Positions 12,531 through 25,837 of a DNA stretch of 64,000 nucleotides are shown here, one piece after another. The DNA lies in the NCBI GenBank assembly GCA_030141605.1, contig JAQGDQ010000758.1, positions 1-64,000 of the forward strand, given 5' to 3'. This DNA comes from Tubiluchus corallicola. Taxonomy: Eukaryota > Animalia > Priapulida. Every line of letters begins with the position of its first letter. Positions within the stretch are counted from its first letter, which is position 1. The position numbers and the translations under genes were made by a program. The notes under the pieces were generated by a model. That model was not told the origin of the DNA. It did not search any database and was given only the letters and a program-made list of their open reading frames with translations.

Positions 12531-12915
12531 TCCCCGAAAGAACTATGTTATAATAATTATTGCGTTTTACTTTTTAAATTAAAAAAATATGCTTTTATTT
12601 GACCTTGTCAAGTAAATATATTAACGTATATTTTTTCTATCAAATTCCTGGCCAGGTGTGCGATAAAAAAATATTACCCGGGCGATTAGACGGGAACAGA
12701 AGTATTTTTTGTCGGCCTAACTACAACAACAAATAATATGGTAGTAAATTCTTCTTTCATAACTAGTCAAACATTTGTCAAGTTGTTTAAAACTAACTAA
12801 AAACCCCCAGACGTCATTTATTTACATTTAGTGCATTCCTGGTACAACCAACAAAAGTCTTTTGTTTTCGACAAGCCGACAAAAAGTGTAACCATGACTG
12901 TTTCTGCAATCAAGT

Positions 12916-13093
12916 ATGGCTGATGAAGACGAAACTGTGAAATTCGACAACAATGATGGCTTCTTTGACAATTTTGACGAGCGCGAGGACGACGCACCTT
13001 TGAATTCGCTGGAAACAGAGAAGCTCGCAGAAGCATTTGCCGAACATTATTACAAATATGAACCAAAGGATCACCGTGAAGCCAAGCGTTTAG
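12916..13093 (+). CDS. MAP3K4: MAP3K4/MEKK4 coding exon 1
   Basis: ATG at 12916, acidic N-terminus; donor TTAG|gtaggt in phase 1 matches the exon 2 acceptor. Confidence 0.75.
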
Positions 13094-13202
13094 GTAGGTG
13101 AAGCTGAAACAGAGTTACCTGGTCCGAGTTATATCTAAAGGTAGTATGAAGAAATTTTCTAAAGGTTATTTGCGAGTTCGGTGCATAAAAAAGGTTAAAT
13201 AT

Positions 13203-13747
13203 TAAAACTGGACGATTGTGTAGACATTAGTTCAAAATAAAGTATGCTGTAATGTATTGAAAACTACGACAGCTTTTTTAAATCAGAGCTTAAATTAAAT
13301 AATAATTACCTTGGATAGTTCATTTTGTTAAACTTTCAAAGTTACGCGCTGCTCTGCGAATCCACTAAGACTGGCAGTGGTGCGTTTTTGTCACATTCAC
13401 GTGGCCGACAAATAGGCGCTGTACCATGATAAGCATGATCATGGGTTGCAATGTCCATCTGTGACATCATTGTGAATTAAAGCTCATTTTCATGACATCA
13501 CATCAGCGTCTTATAGCCATCTCCGGTTACGCAAACATGCTTGAATCCCAAGAAAGATGCCTACCATTGCACAAACTCTGGTTAGTTTGTGACGTAAGAG
13601 CTAACTGTAAGTGTTCGGTTGCAGTTAATTACTTCCCAAGGTAGACATTCAAATATTAGAAACAACTGCTAACTTGTATAGGCAAGAAATGTATATTTGG
13701 ACATAAACTAAAATGAGACTGACTCTAATCAATCGTCCAATTTTCCT
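13203..13747 (-). mobile_element. Family B element (TIR AGGAAAACTGGA), inverted copy of 15846-16392
   Basis: Long reverse-complement match, e.g. gcttaaattaaataataattacc and ttgttaaactttcaaag. Confidence 0.8.
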
Positions 13748-14553
13748 CATAACTGACTTTCTCACAATTTGATGATCAAGACATCGCCATTACCTATTAG
13801 ATGTGAGCAACAGAATTTTACAGATGTGTTTACAGTAAACTAGAACTGATAAACTATAGTTTATTTCCCGTACTAACAGCCTAGGCGAGGCCCGGGGAAG
13901 TGGGGCGTGTGAGGCCCCCTCGGGGGGGGGGCGATTGCGTCCATGGTTGGCACCCAGAAAATTTTTGAACTGCTAGAATGCCGGAGAAGCATTTTCGAAG
14001 AGAAAATGTGGAGCTATACAGTTGTTAAAGGAAAGAACAATTGAAAGAAAAACTGCTTTTTCACTCAAGACCAGTCCTTAATACTTGTCAAATAGTGAAA
14101 TAAAAAACAACATCTTTGCAATATGTAATACCGTACTCTCACTTCCGTACAAGCCGTCTTCTGACCTTTCGTTTTGCAAAGTTATCAATTAACTCGTTAA
14201 AATCAAGGCCTTTTTGCTACATCCACATTCATTCGAATATTTGACAGACCGTTTAACCGATCCTGGGTCATCGTCAAACGATTGTCGCTTTTGATATTTT
14301 TAACGCACTGAATTAGCGTTCACCGGACGAAACGGAAACAAGGCATTGATAGGAAGTGCGAAGCGCGACCACAATATTTGGACAAATTGTGAAACAAAGT
14401 TACTAAACGAGAATTAATTTTGTGACAGTTGGGCTTTTTAACTAACCAGTTAAAGGTTATTAATTATGCTTGATTAACTGTTTAACAATTCCTGATGTTG
14501 TCCTTCATATGACAAAACATCTAATACACTTCACGAACTAATATGAAGAAATT

Positions 14554-15381
14554 TGTGAAAGTCATGTTTGAAGTTGTAGATCACTCACTTTGTTATGATT
14601 GAGTTTAGGCACAGAAGTATGAACAAGAATAAAAATCTATAATACATATTTGCACTGCACACAACAGAAAAGTGTTTATTAAATCTACAGACACATGAGC
14701 AGCATGACTGCTGCACTGAACACTGAGCATGAGAGTGAGAGTGAGTCTCCTGCACTGAACACTGAGAGTGAGAGTGTCCTGCACTGAACACTGAGAGTGA
14801 GAGTGAGTCTCCTGCACTGAACACTGAGAGTGAGAGTGAGTGTCCTGCACTGAACACTGAGAGTTAGAGAGTGAGAGTGTCCTGCACTGAACACTGAGAG
14901 TGAGAGTGTCCTGCACTGAACACTGAGAGTGAGAGTCTCCTGCACTGAACACTGAGAGTGAGAGTCTCCTGCACTGAACACTGAGAGTTAGAGAGTGAGA
15001 GTGTCCTGCACTGAACACTGAGAGTGAGAGTGTCCTGCACTGAACACTGAGAGTGAGAGTGTCCTGCACTGAACACTGAGAGTGAGAGTCTCCTGCACTG
15101 AACACTGAGAGTTAGAGTGTGAGTGTGAGAGTTTCCTGCACTGAACACTGAGAGTGAGAGTGACTAGAAAGTAAAACCAGTCAGTATATATAGGTATAGC
15201 TGACCTATGCAGACTTGCAAAGGCTTCACAAAAACCATTACTTTAAAATAGGGAGAGAACCAGTGAATATGCATTCACTGGACCATACAATTATACTGGG
15301 GGTAAGTCGGCTGGTAGAATGTAACAGGGTTAGCCCATAGATGGCAGCACCTAATTATAATGTACAATTCCAACTTCCACA
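14554..15381 (-). mobile_element. Solo LTR, copy 1, with internal tandem expansion
   Basis: TGTGAAAGT...ACTTCCACA termini; 5-bp TSD AAATT; on the - strand a TATA-like tract precedes aataaa; matches 31514-31840. Confidence 0.8.
14710..15162. repeat. 29-37-bp tandem array (cctgcactgaacactgagagtgagagt) inside the solo LTR
   Basis: About 14 units seen directly. Confidence 0.95.
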
Positions 15382-15845
15382 AAATTGTCCAGTTCTAACC
15401 CATTGTATAATCATAGAAATTCACTCAACTTAGCATTTTTTCAGTACGTGAATAAATGATCGACCATTTTCAATGTTTGAAAAAGTTCTTGAACAAAAAA
15501 ATCCACTTTGTAGAGAAATACTGCGACGCAATTACCCCCTCCGAACCATGCCATGTTTACTCACACGTTATTGGTTATACATAAACTCCCATGCCTTTAC
15601 AATCTGCCAATCTTGGAATCACTGCGTGTGCAAATGCTGAATATTGTGCAGGACGTTCGATGTTGTAGGATCTTTCGTTTCATATAGCCGGTGAGCGACG
15701 GTGTGTGACGGGATTTGTCTGTGAAAAAATTGTGTAATGTTAGAATGTAAAGGAAAGTAATTATTAAATGGTTAGCGGTTTTTTAAACGGTTACACCAGT
15801 CAGCGGTTGGATAAACATTTAAACAGTTAACCGTCTCAACCTTAA

Positions 15846-16392
15846 AGGAAAACTGGACGATTATCTGGACTCAATTTCATTTTAATTTGCTGTCCAAAAT
15901 ATACATTTTCTTGCCTATAAAAGTTAACAATTGTTTCTTGTGTATGAATAATTAGCTTAGACATTCAATTAGTGGCAGCTGAACACAGCTGTTGCTTACG
16001 TCAGAAACTAACCACAGTTTGTGCAATGACAGGCATCTTCCCTTGCACGTCAAGCGTGTTTGTGTAAGTGTTACAGTACTGTTTAAACGAGTGATGTCAC
16101 GAAAAATGGGCTTTACATCATATGACGTCAGAAACTAACACTGCTGTTCATGATCATGTTTTTCATGGTACCATCTTCTATTTGTTGGCCACATGAACGT
16201 GACAAAAAGGCGCCATTGCCAATCTTAGTAGATTCACTGAAACGCACGTTGCTTTGAAAGTTTAACAAAATTTGAGTGTCCGAGGTAATTATTATTTAAT
16301 TTAAGCTTTGATTAAAAAAACTATTGTAATTTTCACTATTTTGAAGCATTTTTTATTCTGAACTCGTGTTTACACAGTCATCCAGTTTTCCT
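15846..16392 (+). mobile_element. Family B TTAA-type element (Kolobok-like)
   Basis: ttaa|aggaaaactgga ... tccagttttcct|ttat. Confidence 0.8.
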
Positions 16393-16792
16393 TTATATTA
16401 CAGAGCAAATTATATTTTAATCTTGTGTTCGCGTGATTTAATTTCAACAAATAGATTCATTGCCAATTTTTCACAGTTAATATCTCCATCTTTACTTGTC
16501 TGGTTTAGAAGGACGAAATTTAAGTTGAATGGCATAATATGCTGACGTAGCGAATACTGTAGATCGTTTAACCAATCTTACTTCTTACTTAGATAAACAT
16601 TGATCGGCAGTTTACCCGCTCTTTTGTATCTTGTTTTTTTCTTACAACCTCTCTTTTGTATCTTGTTTCTTTCTTATAGCTGTCGCTCAATGACGAATGT
16701 TGATCTAATCGTTTCAATACATCCGTTTGTGTGTAGTTTTATAAACTCATAAATGAAGTATTATAATTGGTGAAGTCATTAAACTTTTTCAG

Positions 16793-17433
16793 GAAAAAAG
16801 TCTAGGGACGCAAGAGCCGCCGCTAAAACCGAAGCTGCTGCTAGAGATCACACAAAATATAGAGCATCTTCTTCCGCATGTGCCAACGCGTCTGGTTCGA
16901 CGTCGGAAGCAGACGACGATCAATCTGTATTTCTAGAAGAGCAGCCGGGAAACATGAGCCATGAATCAAGAGCGACAAAAACGAAGGTGTCCCGTGCGCG
17001 AATGCAGGCGCGAACGGAACGGCGCGCAGAACGTTCCAAGGACCGCGACATGAAGAGGTTTTCCGGCGAGTTCTCTCCCATCGATGTTCTTTCGGCCGTC
17101 TCCTCGAAAGTGGAGCAGCAGCCGAGCAGCAGGGTCCTGTTCGGCAGCCAGTTCTCGTCGAGCATACAGCGCGACAACCCGCCCAGATGCGTGCCCACTC
17201 AGCGCGTCGCCGAGGACTTCAAGAAGCTGCGCACTCGTCTGCCGTCGTACCAGATGGAATCGGCCATCGAGCACGAGTACGAGGCTGACCGGGTCAAATT
17301 TCACGAGATGTTTGCCCAGTTGATCAATCTTGGGAATAAGATGGCGGACAGTAAAGAGAAAGACACGACACCTCGTCAGCAAACGCAGCGTTGGCAAATG
17401 AAAGTGAAAGATTTGATATGGTTTGAACTTCAG
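16793..17433 (+). CDS. MAP3K4: MAP3K4 exon 2
   Basis: tttttcag|GA...; ends DRVKFHEMFAQLINLG...DLIWFELQ|gtaagt (vertebrate LIWLELQ). Confidence 0.93.
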
Positions 17434-17499
17434 GTAAGTGAAACCACTAAGCAGTTTTTTTAATTTATTTATTACATCCGATTGAATTTCATTTGCAAA

Positions 17500-17833
17500 T
17501 TATCACCATGGATTTTTTCATTAGGAATTATTTAACATACATCCACCGCTGAACGGGCTATCTATCCATTCCCAGCACCACCCTCGGCCCATTCCCGTTC
17601 TCTACATCTCAGCCGTATAACTTGCAACAAACAGCCGAAAAATGGCCATTTTTGGAGGTTTTTTGCCTCCCTTCCTCCCGGTAGGCCCGATTCGAAAAAT
17701 AAACCATCAATGGCACGACACTAGATCGAGACCTTTTGTTTGATATAGATCGTCGCAAATGGTGCCGTCGTCCGGGCTGTAGCCTCGAATCTTATATATA
17801 TATATAACATGTCAAGAATATTAATATATAGAT
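17500..17833 (-). mobile_element. Possible Helitron/HINE-like fragment
   Basis: The - strand begins atctatatattaat followed by a (TA)n tract; no 3' hairpin/CTRR end identified. Confidence 0.3.
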
Positions 17834-18728
17834 GTTTATAGAGCGCGATCATCTCGGCTTGTTTGTATTGAAGCCATTATCAAACTATAAATGAACTCCA
17901 GAAGAATAAATGATACAAAGGCACAAACTGAAACTACAAAACAACATACAGTAGTACCTCAGTTTTTTACCGTAATTCGTTCCTAAGTGTTTGAAAACCG
18001 ATTTGGTTGAGAACTGAATCATTTATTCCCATAAGAAATAATGTAAAAGCAAATAATCCGTTCTCAAGCACCAAATGAACTGTAAAGTATTACTAAAACG
18101 AAATATAATAATGCAAAAATGTTTGTTTAAACAGTTGATGTGATATTATTGATAAGAAAAACATGATAGAATTACGTAGCAAGAAAAACATGATTGATCC
18201 TGCATGAAAAAGCGGAGAAAAATAAGCGTATAAAGCACTTAGCGATATTAAGCGATTCAAATCTTGTGTGTGACTATTCTCGGGTGCGGTCGGTTACGCT
18301 CGGCTCGCCGCACACGTGTTCATCATGTGTTTGGTGGTTTGTCGAGAGCGGAGACAATTTCAGCTCGAATTTTCTGGTCGAAAACCGATTTGTACAAGTA
18401 CGGAGACATTTGAAGACAGAGTTGTAACTGTATTAGAATTAAACTTACCAAAATAAGCTTGGTTGTAGTGAAAGAAATTGCAGAGAAACATACAAAATTT
18501 TTACGTAACACGTGAGAACCAAAATAATCTTTAAGTGTCTTTTTTGGTTCTCTGCAATTTCTTCCATTACAACCTGGTTTATTTTTGATAAGTTAAATTC
18601 TAATCTATTGTTTTATAGTTTCAGTTTGTACCTTTGTGTCATTAATGTATTATTTATTCTTCTTCTTGGCTTCATTTATAGTTTGATAATGGCTTCAATA
18701 GCCGAAATGATCGTCGCTCAGTAAGCAT
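17833..18728. mobile_element. Foldback MITE with long inverted arms; left arm interrupted by a Tigger-like MITE
   Basis: 17833-17948 plus 18431-18490 is the reverse complement of about 18545-18728 (tattgaagccattatcaaactataaatgaa / ttcatttatagtttgataatggcttcaata). Confidence 0.75.
17949..18430 (+). mobile_element. TcMar-Tigger-like MITE
   Basis: ta|cagtagtacctc ... gagttgtaactg|ta; TA duplication. Confidence 0.7.
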
Positions 18729-19262
18729 GTTGTTTCCTAGAAGCTGACTCTCTTGTTTATTTTGTGGTTGTTTGGTTGTTAAGTGAGAAAATCAACATCT
18801 TAGATTTCTATAATATCTTCACACTTTTCATTTCGCTTTTAGTAAAGTTAGTTAAGTCTAATGCCCCGACTTTTCGTAGTAAAATGTTTGTGGCTCACGA
18901 TGCCTGTTTCTGTTAGAGTTCGACTGAAGGTTTCAGTGCAAGAAATATTTCAGCCTTCAGCTAATATGTTTAGCATGATAGAAACTTGCCATTGTTTGTT
19001 TCTGCTTCAAGGCTAATAAATCTATCCATCTCACAATATTTTGGTAGGAAATTCCAGCAGTTGTCTATGCTAGAATGCTGCTTGGAAGGGATATTAGATT
19101 TAGTGCAGTGGCCTGTGCTCAGTGTTCAGTTTCTTACAAAACTCAGAGCGTTTTTAACACGCAGTGTTGTGGTTGTAGCGTTTTCCAATTCGACTGGTAG
19201 CCATAACGTACGAAATATAATAGCATTTATACATATTATAGAAAACGAGTCATTTTAAAATT

Positions 19263-19909
19263 GTGTGCTTGCAAACCAAAACCGTCCGTAAGTCGGCATA
19301 GTTAAGACTGCATCATGATGCTTCAAGGTAGAATGACCCAAAAATTTGGTCATATGTCAAATTTTCGTATTTTGTAAAATGAAACGCTATGTATATTCGT
19401 CTTTTATATGCTAGCATCAAATTAGCAAAAAAGTGTTCGAAATACACTAAAAATTTAATTTTTTAACTCCTTACCTGCTTTTCTGTCTAGAAACTAGTAA
19501 CGCAATTGTAAGAAACTCCTATTTTTAAACTCTGATGGAAGCTCGCGGAAGTTGTCATTTTGCTTCAGATTTTTTATATTGCCAAGCCCAAATCTTCCTC
19601 GGGAAGAGCCATCTACTGGATTTAAGGATAATTTCAGTGTGCTTTTGTAAAGTCCGTGGCAACCAAAGTTTGCACGGTTGCTAAGTGTTTTGTAGAAACA
19701 CGACAAAAAACAATGGCTGACTTTAACAATGATTTTCTCAAGATTGTTTTTCAGTGTGCAGCCTGCACCTCAACTTCAATGTGGATTATCTCATCGTAGA
19801 AATAACATAGAGTGATGAACTTGGTATCAAGATGATCCTCATGAAATGAAAATTCAGGATAGAAACACTTAATTGCCGACGTATTAACGATTTTGCTATG
19901 CAAGCACAC
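19263..19909 (+). mobile_element. Family C TIR element (about 640 bp); inverted copy at 46772-47392
   Basis: TIR gtgtgcttgca...tgcaagcacac; internal reverse-complement identity with 46.8-47.4 kb. Confidence 0.8.
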
Positions 19910-19960
19910 AATTTAGTCCATTTTTAATGCAGTTTTATTGCAGGATTTTATATTGTCTAG

Positions 19961-20059
19961 GCTATGCATGCTTGGATGTGCACTGAGAAGTATGATGAGT
20001 GGCTGTTGAATGAACGTCTAACCAAGCAGAAAGTTCTAAAAGAGATTATGAATTTCAAG
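19961..20059 (+). CDS. MAP3K4: MAP3K4 exon 3 (AMHAWMCTEKYDEWLLNERLTKQKVLKEIMNFK)
   Basis: ctag| ... |gtgagt, phase 0/0; aligns with vertebrate AWHA..DQD..EILTFK; missed by the ORF track. Confidence 0.88.
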
Positions 20060-20336
20060 GTGAGTTTTATTTGCATGTATACTCCTGTGACCAATTATAA
20101 TCAACGTACTTTTGTCGTATGAATAATTATCATAAGTATCGGAAGCACCGTTTATATTCAGCGTAAGAGCATGAGACAAGCAGACACATTTTCTGCCTTC
20201 ACCAAGTACAGTGACAATCATCAACCCATGAATTTGACAAGAAACGGCAAAAGATGAAGACGAGATTTATTTACCGCTACTCGTTTAATAGACAACATTA
20301 GCGCTAATGGCTGTTTACACATGCTTATTTATGCTT

Positions 20337-21958
20337 AGTATATACGTGTGTACAAGTCGACCTTATGTACAAGTCGATGTGCATTTTAAGACCCAAAATT
20401 GCATCGTTTTATACATTACCTGTATACAAGTCGACCTTATGTACAAGTCGATGTGCATTATAAGACCAAAAATTGCATCATTTTATGTATTACCTGTGTA
20501 CAAGTCGACCTTATGTACAAGTCCATGTGCATTGTAAGACCAAAAATTGCATCGTTTTATACATTACCTGTGTACAAGTCGACTTTATGTACAAGTCCAT
20601 GTGCATTTTAAGACCAAAAATTGCATCATTTTATACATTACCTGTGTACAAGTCGACCTTATGTACAAGTCCATGTGCATTTTAAGACCAAAATTGCATC
20701 ATTTTATACATTACCTGTGTACAAGTCGACCTTACGTACAAGTCCATGTGCATTGTAAGACCAAAAATTGCATCGTTTTATACATTACCTGTGTACAAGT
20801 CGACTTTATGTACAAGTCCATGTGCATTTTAAGACCAAAAATTGCATCATTTTATACATTACCTGTGTACAAGTCGACCTTATGTACAAGTCCATGTGCA
20901 TTTTAAGACCAAAATTGCATCATTTTATACATTACCTGTGTACAAGTCGACCTTACGTACAAGTCCATGTGCATTGTAAGACCAAAAATTGCATCGTTTT
21001 ATACATTACCTGTGTACAAGTCGACTTTATGTACAAGTCCATGTGCATTTTAAGACCAAAAATTGCATCATTTTATATATTACCTGTGTACAAGTCGACT
21101 TTATGTACAAGTCGATGTGCATTTTAAGACCAAAATTGCATCGTTTTATACATTAGCTGTGTACAAGTCGACCTTATGTACAAGTCGATGTGCATTTTAG
21201 GACCAAAATTGCATCATTTTATATATTACCTGTGTACAAGTCGACCTTACGTACAAGTCAATGTGCATTTTAAGACCAAAAATTGCATCATTTTATATAT
21301 TACCTGTGTACAAGTCGACCATAAAATATCAAGATCTTCCAGAGTAAATGATGTCAACAATGGCCGAGTAATAAATCAATAGCCTACTGTGTAAGTGTGT
21401 AAGATGCGTGCAAGTGCCTGGGCCGAGTATATTATACCTAACCGATGTGTATGTATTCATGTTGAGGATAATGCAATTCCGCGATAATGTAGCCTGGCCT
21501 TTCATCGCGCATAATTGTTTGTAATGCTTTTAACCCTAGGGAATCGCGGCCAGGATCCGTCGTAACATTTCAGTCGCTGATTTCTCACTTAAAACTAAAA
21601 GCCCACACCTGTACAATATTGCCGATTTCCATGTTCTGATCGAGTGCTCCGTCGCTAGTTTATTTACCAGTAAAATATAAATTTTAACTTAATTTCACAT
21701 ACATTAAAATAAATTACAGTAATATTTGTTAATTTTGTGAAGTAATGTCAAGATGCGAACATTCTCTGATGTGAAGTATCACAGTATGAGTGTTCATTCA
21801 GTCCAGCGTATAATGAAGGATTATTTCTTTACATATTCGTATTGTAGACGACTCTTTAGCGACATCTCCCAAAAACGTATCGTAAGTATAAGTCGACCCC
21901 AAAAATTTCACCTTAAAATCGCCTCCCAAAAATTCGACTTGTACATAAGTATATACGG
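20337..21958. mobile_element. TcMar (Tc2/pogo-like) MITE containing the 74-bp array
   Basis: Left gtatatacgtgtgtacaagtcgac versus right tcgacttgtacataagtatatacgg. Confidence 0.6.
20345..21320. repeat. 73/74-bp minisatellite, about 13 copies, with a 221-bp higher-order unit
   Basis: gtgtacaagtcgaccttatgtacaagtccatgtgcattttaagaccaaaaattgcatc...; near-identical pseudo-ORFs start at 20547 and 20768. Confidence 0.95.
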
Positions 21959-22030
21959 TTTTTATTTACATTTGTTTATGCTTGAAGACATTAACTGTGA
22001 TTTAGTACAAGAACCCTTGTTTTCCTGTAG

Positions 22031-22197
22031 GTTGAGGAAGAGGAAGATATCACGATTTCGTGTGATTCGCACGTCGATCACGGAAACGAAACTTCGACTT
22101 CTGCGCCGGAGTCCATGTTTTCCATAACTCCGGAATATCAGTTCCGGGAGAAAGTGACCATGGTTCAAGTACAGCGTGTCCTGGATAATCTAGAAAG
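22031..22197 (+). CDS. MAP3K4: MAP3K4 exon 4
   Basis: cctgtag|GTT GAG ... open frame ending VQRVLDNLE AG|gtaaag, phase 0/2. Confidence 0.85.
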
Positions 22198-22688
22198 GTA
22201 AAGAATGAGAGAAAGTTGCTCTTAACTCTTTCATAAGTGTTTGCTGAATTTTATATGGATTTGTGAAAGACTGTTCTGACTAAGCAGTGATTACGTTGTA
22301 TTTGATAATCTTTGTAGGTTTCTACTTCTCACACAATGGATTTTCATGCAAAATTATATATGAAATGCATTTGCTTAGTTTAGACAACTTAAAAATCGAT
22401 TTTTGATGAATAAATTGAAAAAACTTTTTTAACAACTGTAGTGTTTTGCACTGTAACAAAGTACAGTATCACTTGTTTGAACAGTTGTTAAATATAACCT
22501 TTAGTTATCACTTGTGCCCGGTTTTGTCGTAACAGAAATTTAAACCGCTGCCGACAGCGAAACTTTGTTACCGTGACATTTTTATGAATTATTAATCGCA
22601 CCAACTCGCCTAGGGACATTTGTCTTATTTCCAAGAATATTACTCGGTGATGATATTTACGTTATTGTGGGAATCTGAATTATTCCAG

Positions 22689-22906
22689 ATTTGAAAGTCT
22701 GTACCCGACTTCGAAAGCGATTGCCAGCGAGTTTGAAGAGTACGTCTTGCCGGAGTTTACGACCCGCGTGCGCACTCTGTACCTCTGGTTGAACGTTACC
22801 ACTTTTCTGAACCAGCTTCTGACCAGAATTGCTAAAGCGATCAGCGTGGAAGCCAAGGATCTTATTCTAAATTATCAGATTCAGTTTCCGGAGAGTCCGT
22901 ACGAAG
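22689..22906 (+). CDS. MAP3K4: MAP3K4 exon 5
   Basis: FESLYPTSKAI...FTTRVRTLYLWLNVT (vertebrate EALYPSLQAL...RVQALCLWLNIT); phase 2/1. Confidence 0.93.
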
Positions 22907-23428
22907 GTAGTGCATATTGCTTATTTTGGAACCTCTCTTGAATAACACTTGTGAAAGCCATTTATTATTGTTTTTCTCCATTTGCATTACTTTAAACTTT
23001 GAAATGTGCAAATCTTATTAATTACATAAGATAATTATTTATTTAGAATCTTAATTTCTAGGTTTTTGGTTGGTGATGACATAATCACTTTTTTTATGAA
23101 AATTATTTTATTATTATTAAAATTATTATTGTTTTTTTTTTATTAAACCAAATTTGACTAAACAGAAACAAATGTTAAATGTTAGGCTTAGCCTGGATTT
23201 GAACTAGGTACCTTAGGATTGCAACTCCTTTCCAATGCCATGGCTGCTACTCGTCGTAACCCTTTTGATCAAAGCAAGTATTAACTCCGGGATTCGCGTC
23301 GCTTGTTCAAAGAAATCGGGTTTGCTCCCAGTTTTGTCGCATTCTCCTCTTTTCGACTGAATTTGGTTTCAAAGCTCCTCTAATTGCCTCTTCGTTCTAC
23401 CGTCACCCAAGTAAGCTTTCCGTGTTAA

Positions 23429-24099
23429 AGCACAAGAAAATCCTTCACTTACATAAAGCTTAAAAAGTTCGTCTTGAAATTTTATTCCACTTACGTACTG
23501 CGTTTTTGCATGCATGGCTTGCGTCTGCACTAATGCTGTATGAAACGTGTAAATTTAAACTCCCACGATGACCGTTAGAGGCAGCCATTTTAATGGTAGG
23601 TCGTTTGAAACAAGTTTTGATCACACTAAAGTTTGAAAAAAACATCAGAACATTCGTGACACGCATGTAGCTAACTAAGTATTACTTTAAATTACCATAT
23701 CTTGTCAATAAGATTAAAAATTCGTTTTTCGTTAGTGAGTGGCGCACCCTGGAGGGTGAATCAGCGATGTTTTACCAACGGGCACAAACATTTTAAATTA
23801 TTATATCTAGTTACATAAGTCTTTCTAGCAGCTAAGCGAAATGTTAAGTAATATAACTTTGCTCGGAAAGTTTTTTGGGACGTAATTTAACATTTCCTTT
23901 TTCTTCCCCTAATTTATGTTTGTGTAGGTGACGTCATGTAATGGCGCCGTCGGAACAGTGTCGTGGGAGATTTTAAAATGAAAACAAACGAAAATTCCTT
24001 TCAACGCGAATACGATATACGCATAAAATTGCTGTAAAGTAGTATAATTTTTAAGGCGATTTTTGTGAAATCTACTTTAGGTACCTCTTTTCTTGTCGT
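23429..24099 (-). mobile_element. Family A Kolobok-like element, full copy
   Basis: TTAA on both sides; reverse complement of 8163-8802. Confidence 0.8.
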
Positions 24100-24808
24100 T
24101 TAAGTTGGTTAAGCATTAAGGAGTATATTGTCCACGTAAACTCTCTTTATTATCCTCCTGGAGGTACTTGCGTCACACGTTGCATAATTTTGTAAGATGA
24201 GAAAACTCTTTAGTTACACAAAGCTAGAAAAATTCGTCTTGAAATTTTATATCACTTAAATGCTGCTGCCTTGTTGCGCGCAGAGCTTGCATTAGCAGTA
24301 ACGCTGTATAAAACATGCGAATTTAAACTCCCATGATGGCCGTTAGGGGCAGCCATTTTGTTGGTAAATCGTTTGAAACGAGTTTAGATAACATTGTGTA
24401 AAGTTTAAAAAAATAATCAGAGTATTTGTAGTACGCTCTTCGCTAACTAAGCAAAAGTCTAAATTACTTTACATTGTCCGTAAGATGTATATTGTTCTTT
24501 TTTGGTGGTTCAGTGGTGCAAACTGGGAAGGTGAGTCCATGACAGTTTACCAGGTTGCACGAAAATTTTAAATTACCCTCATGTCTCCGTTTGCCGGATG
24601 AAACCTGGGAGACGTCGGTCTAAATTTGCCGATTGTCCATATTTATTGATACTTAGATAATACAGTAGGTGCCGTGTATTAGACTCTTGGGAATGTTGAA
24701 TGAATTACTTAATTGTCTCAAGAACATCTAGTATGCGCCACTCCTATGCAAAAGTATATAAAAACTGTACAATTGCACACCCTGATTAAGCCAGTTAAGC
24801 TAGTCATG

Positions 24809-24825
24809 ATATATATATATATATG

Positions 24826-24885
<60 letters not shown>
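24809..24885. repeat. (TA)n microsatellite
   Basis: Seen directly. Confidence 0.95.
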
Positions 24886-24887
<2 letters not shown>

Positions 24888-25620
24888 TTAGTTACTGATT
24901 TAGTTACTGACTGTACCCACAGACTGGGATACTGATTATGCATGGACTTTTCTTTTACAATCAGTTGATCATGAAATTAAATTGCATGTTATATTATTTT
25001 CATAAGTTCATTGAGTCATTAATTAACATTGATCTGTAGCATGATTTGCATGATGTCATAAACATAAACAGTTATATTTTCATATTTTTATTTCAACTTG
25101 ACATGAAATACTAATATTTAAGTCAATATTATAGTAACAATTTTGTTAGTTTCTGGTAATTTTATTTTCGTTTTCTTAGTTAAAAATTAGAAAATTTTAT
25201 GTATATAATGTATTTTATGTTTATGTACTAATATACAGCACTGCGTAATACTAATTTAATACTCGGTTCGGGTGGCTGATTCGATAACAAATGTTTTTCG
25301 CCACTTCCCATTTGTTTGGCTTTTTTTATTTATATCTATTTTTCTTTGTATTGTTATTGGGATAAAAAATAAATGATTTGATTAGTCAGCTCGCAAAACA
25401 ACGTTCTTTTTAACGCTCCGCACAATAGTTAAGTGAAGTCTACAAAACAACCAAAGTTACACAACTGATGCGACAGGCGGCTTTGCTGTATCCACACGTA
25501 ATGTGGCGGTTGTAGTTAAGGTGCGTTGCTGTGGTACACTTTATCTTTGACCTACAGCAACTGCGCGTGCGCACTACAAAAGTGTGAAAACGCTTACTGA
25601 TGGACTGCATTGGTTTTCAG

Positions 25621-25785
25621 GAGTGAGCAGGCATGAAAGTACCACAGTCACGCCGGCGCCCTCCTCCTGTGCAATAACTTCACCTCAGATTACAGTCACG
25701 AGTGCGGAGGTTGAAAACAAAGAAGCTCATAAAAGAGGAGTACGTTTTACTTTGCACCCCTTCCGTGGTGAAAGCTTGGATGAAT
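25621..25785 (+). CDS. MAP3K4: MAP3K4 exon 6 (S/T-rich linker)
   Basis: ttttcag| ... |gtaagt, phase 1/1, open frame; low sequence conservation. Confidence 0.75.
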
Positions 25786-25837
25786 GTAAGTATCCTATCC
25801 TTAAACCTAAATAAGTGTTTGTATCCATATATTTGAT

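Larger units (their letters stand above)
14420..15843 (+). mobile_element. Family F DNA element hosting a nested solo LTR; second copy at about 26232-27140
   Basis: ggctttttaactaac...gaactaatatgaagaaatt and cagtacgtgaataaat...accccctcc are shared with the 26.2-27.1 kb locus. Confidence 0.6.

Noticed and set aside
16920-17397. Antisense and alternative-frame ORFs over exon 2 (likewise over the GPCR and exons 8, 10 and 18)
   Set aside because: Shadows of GC-rich coding sequence with no independent homology or splice support
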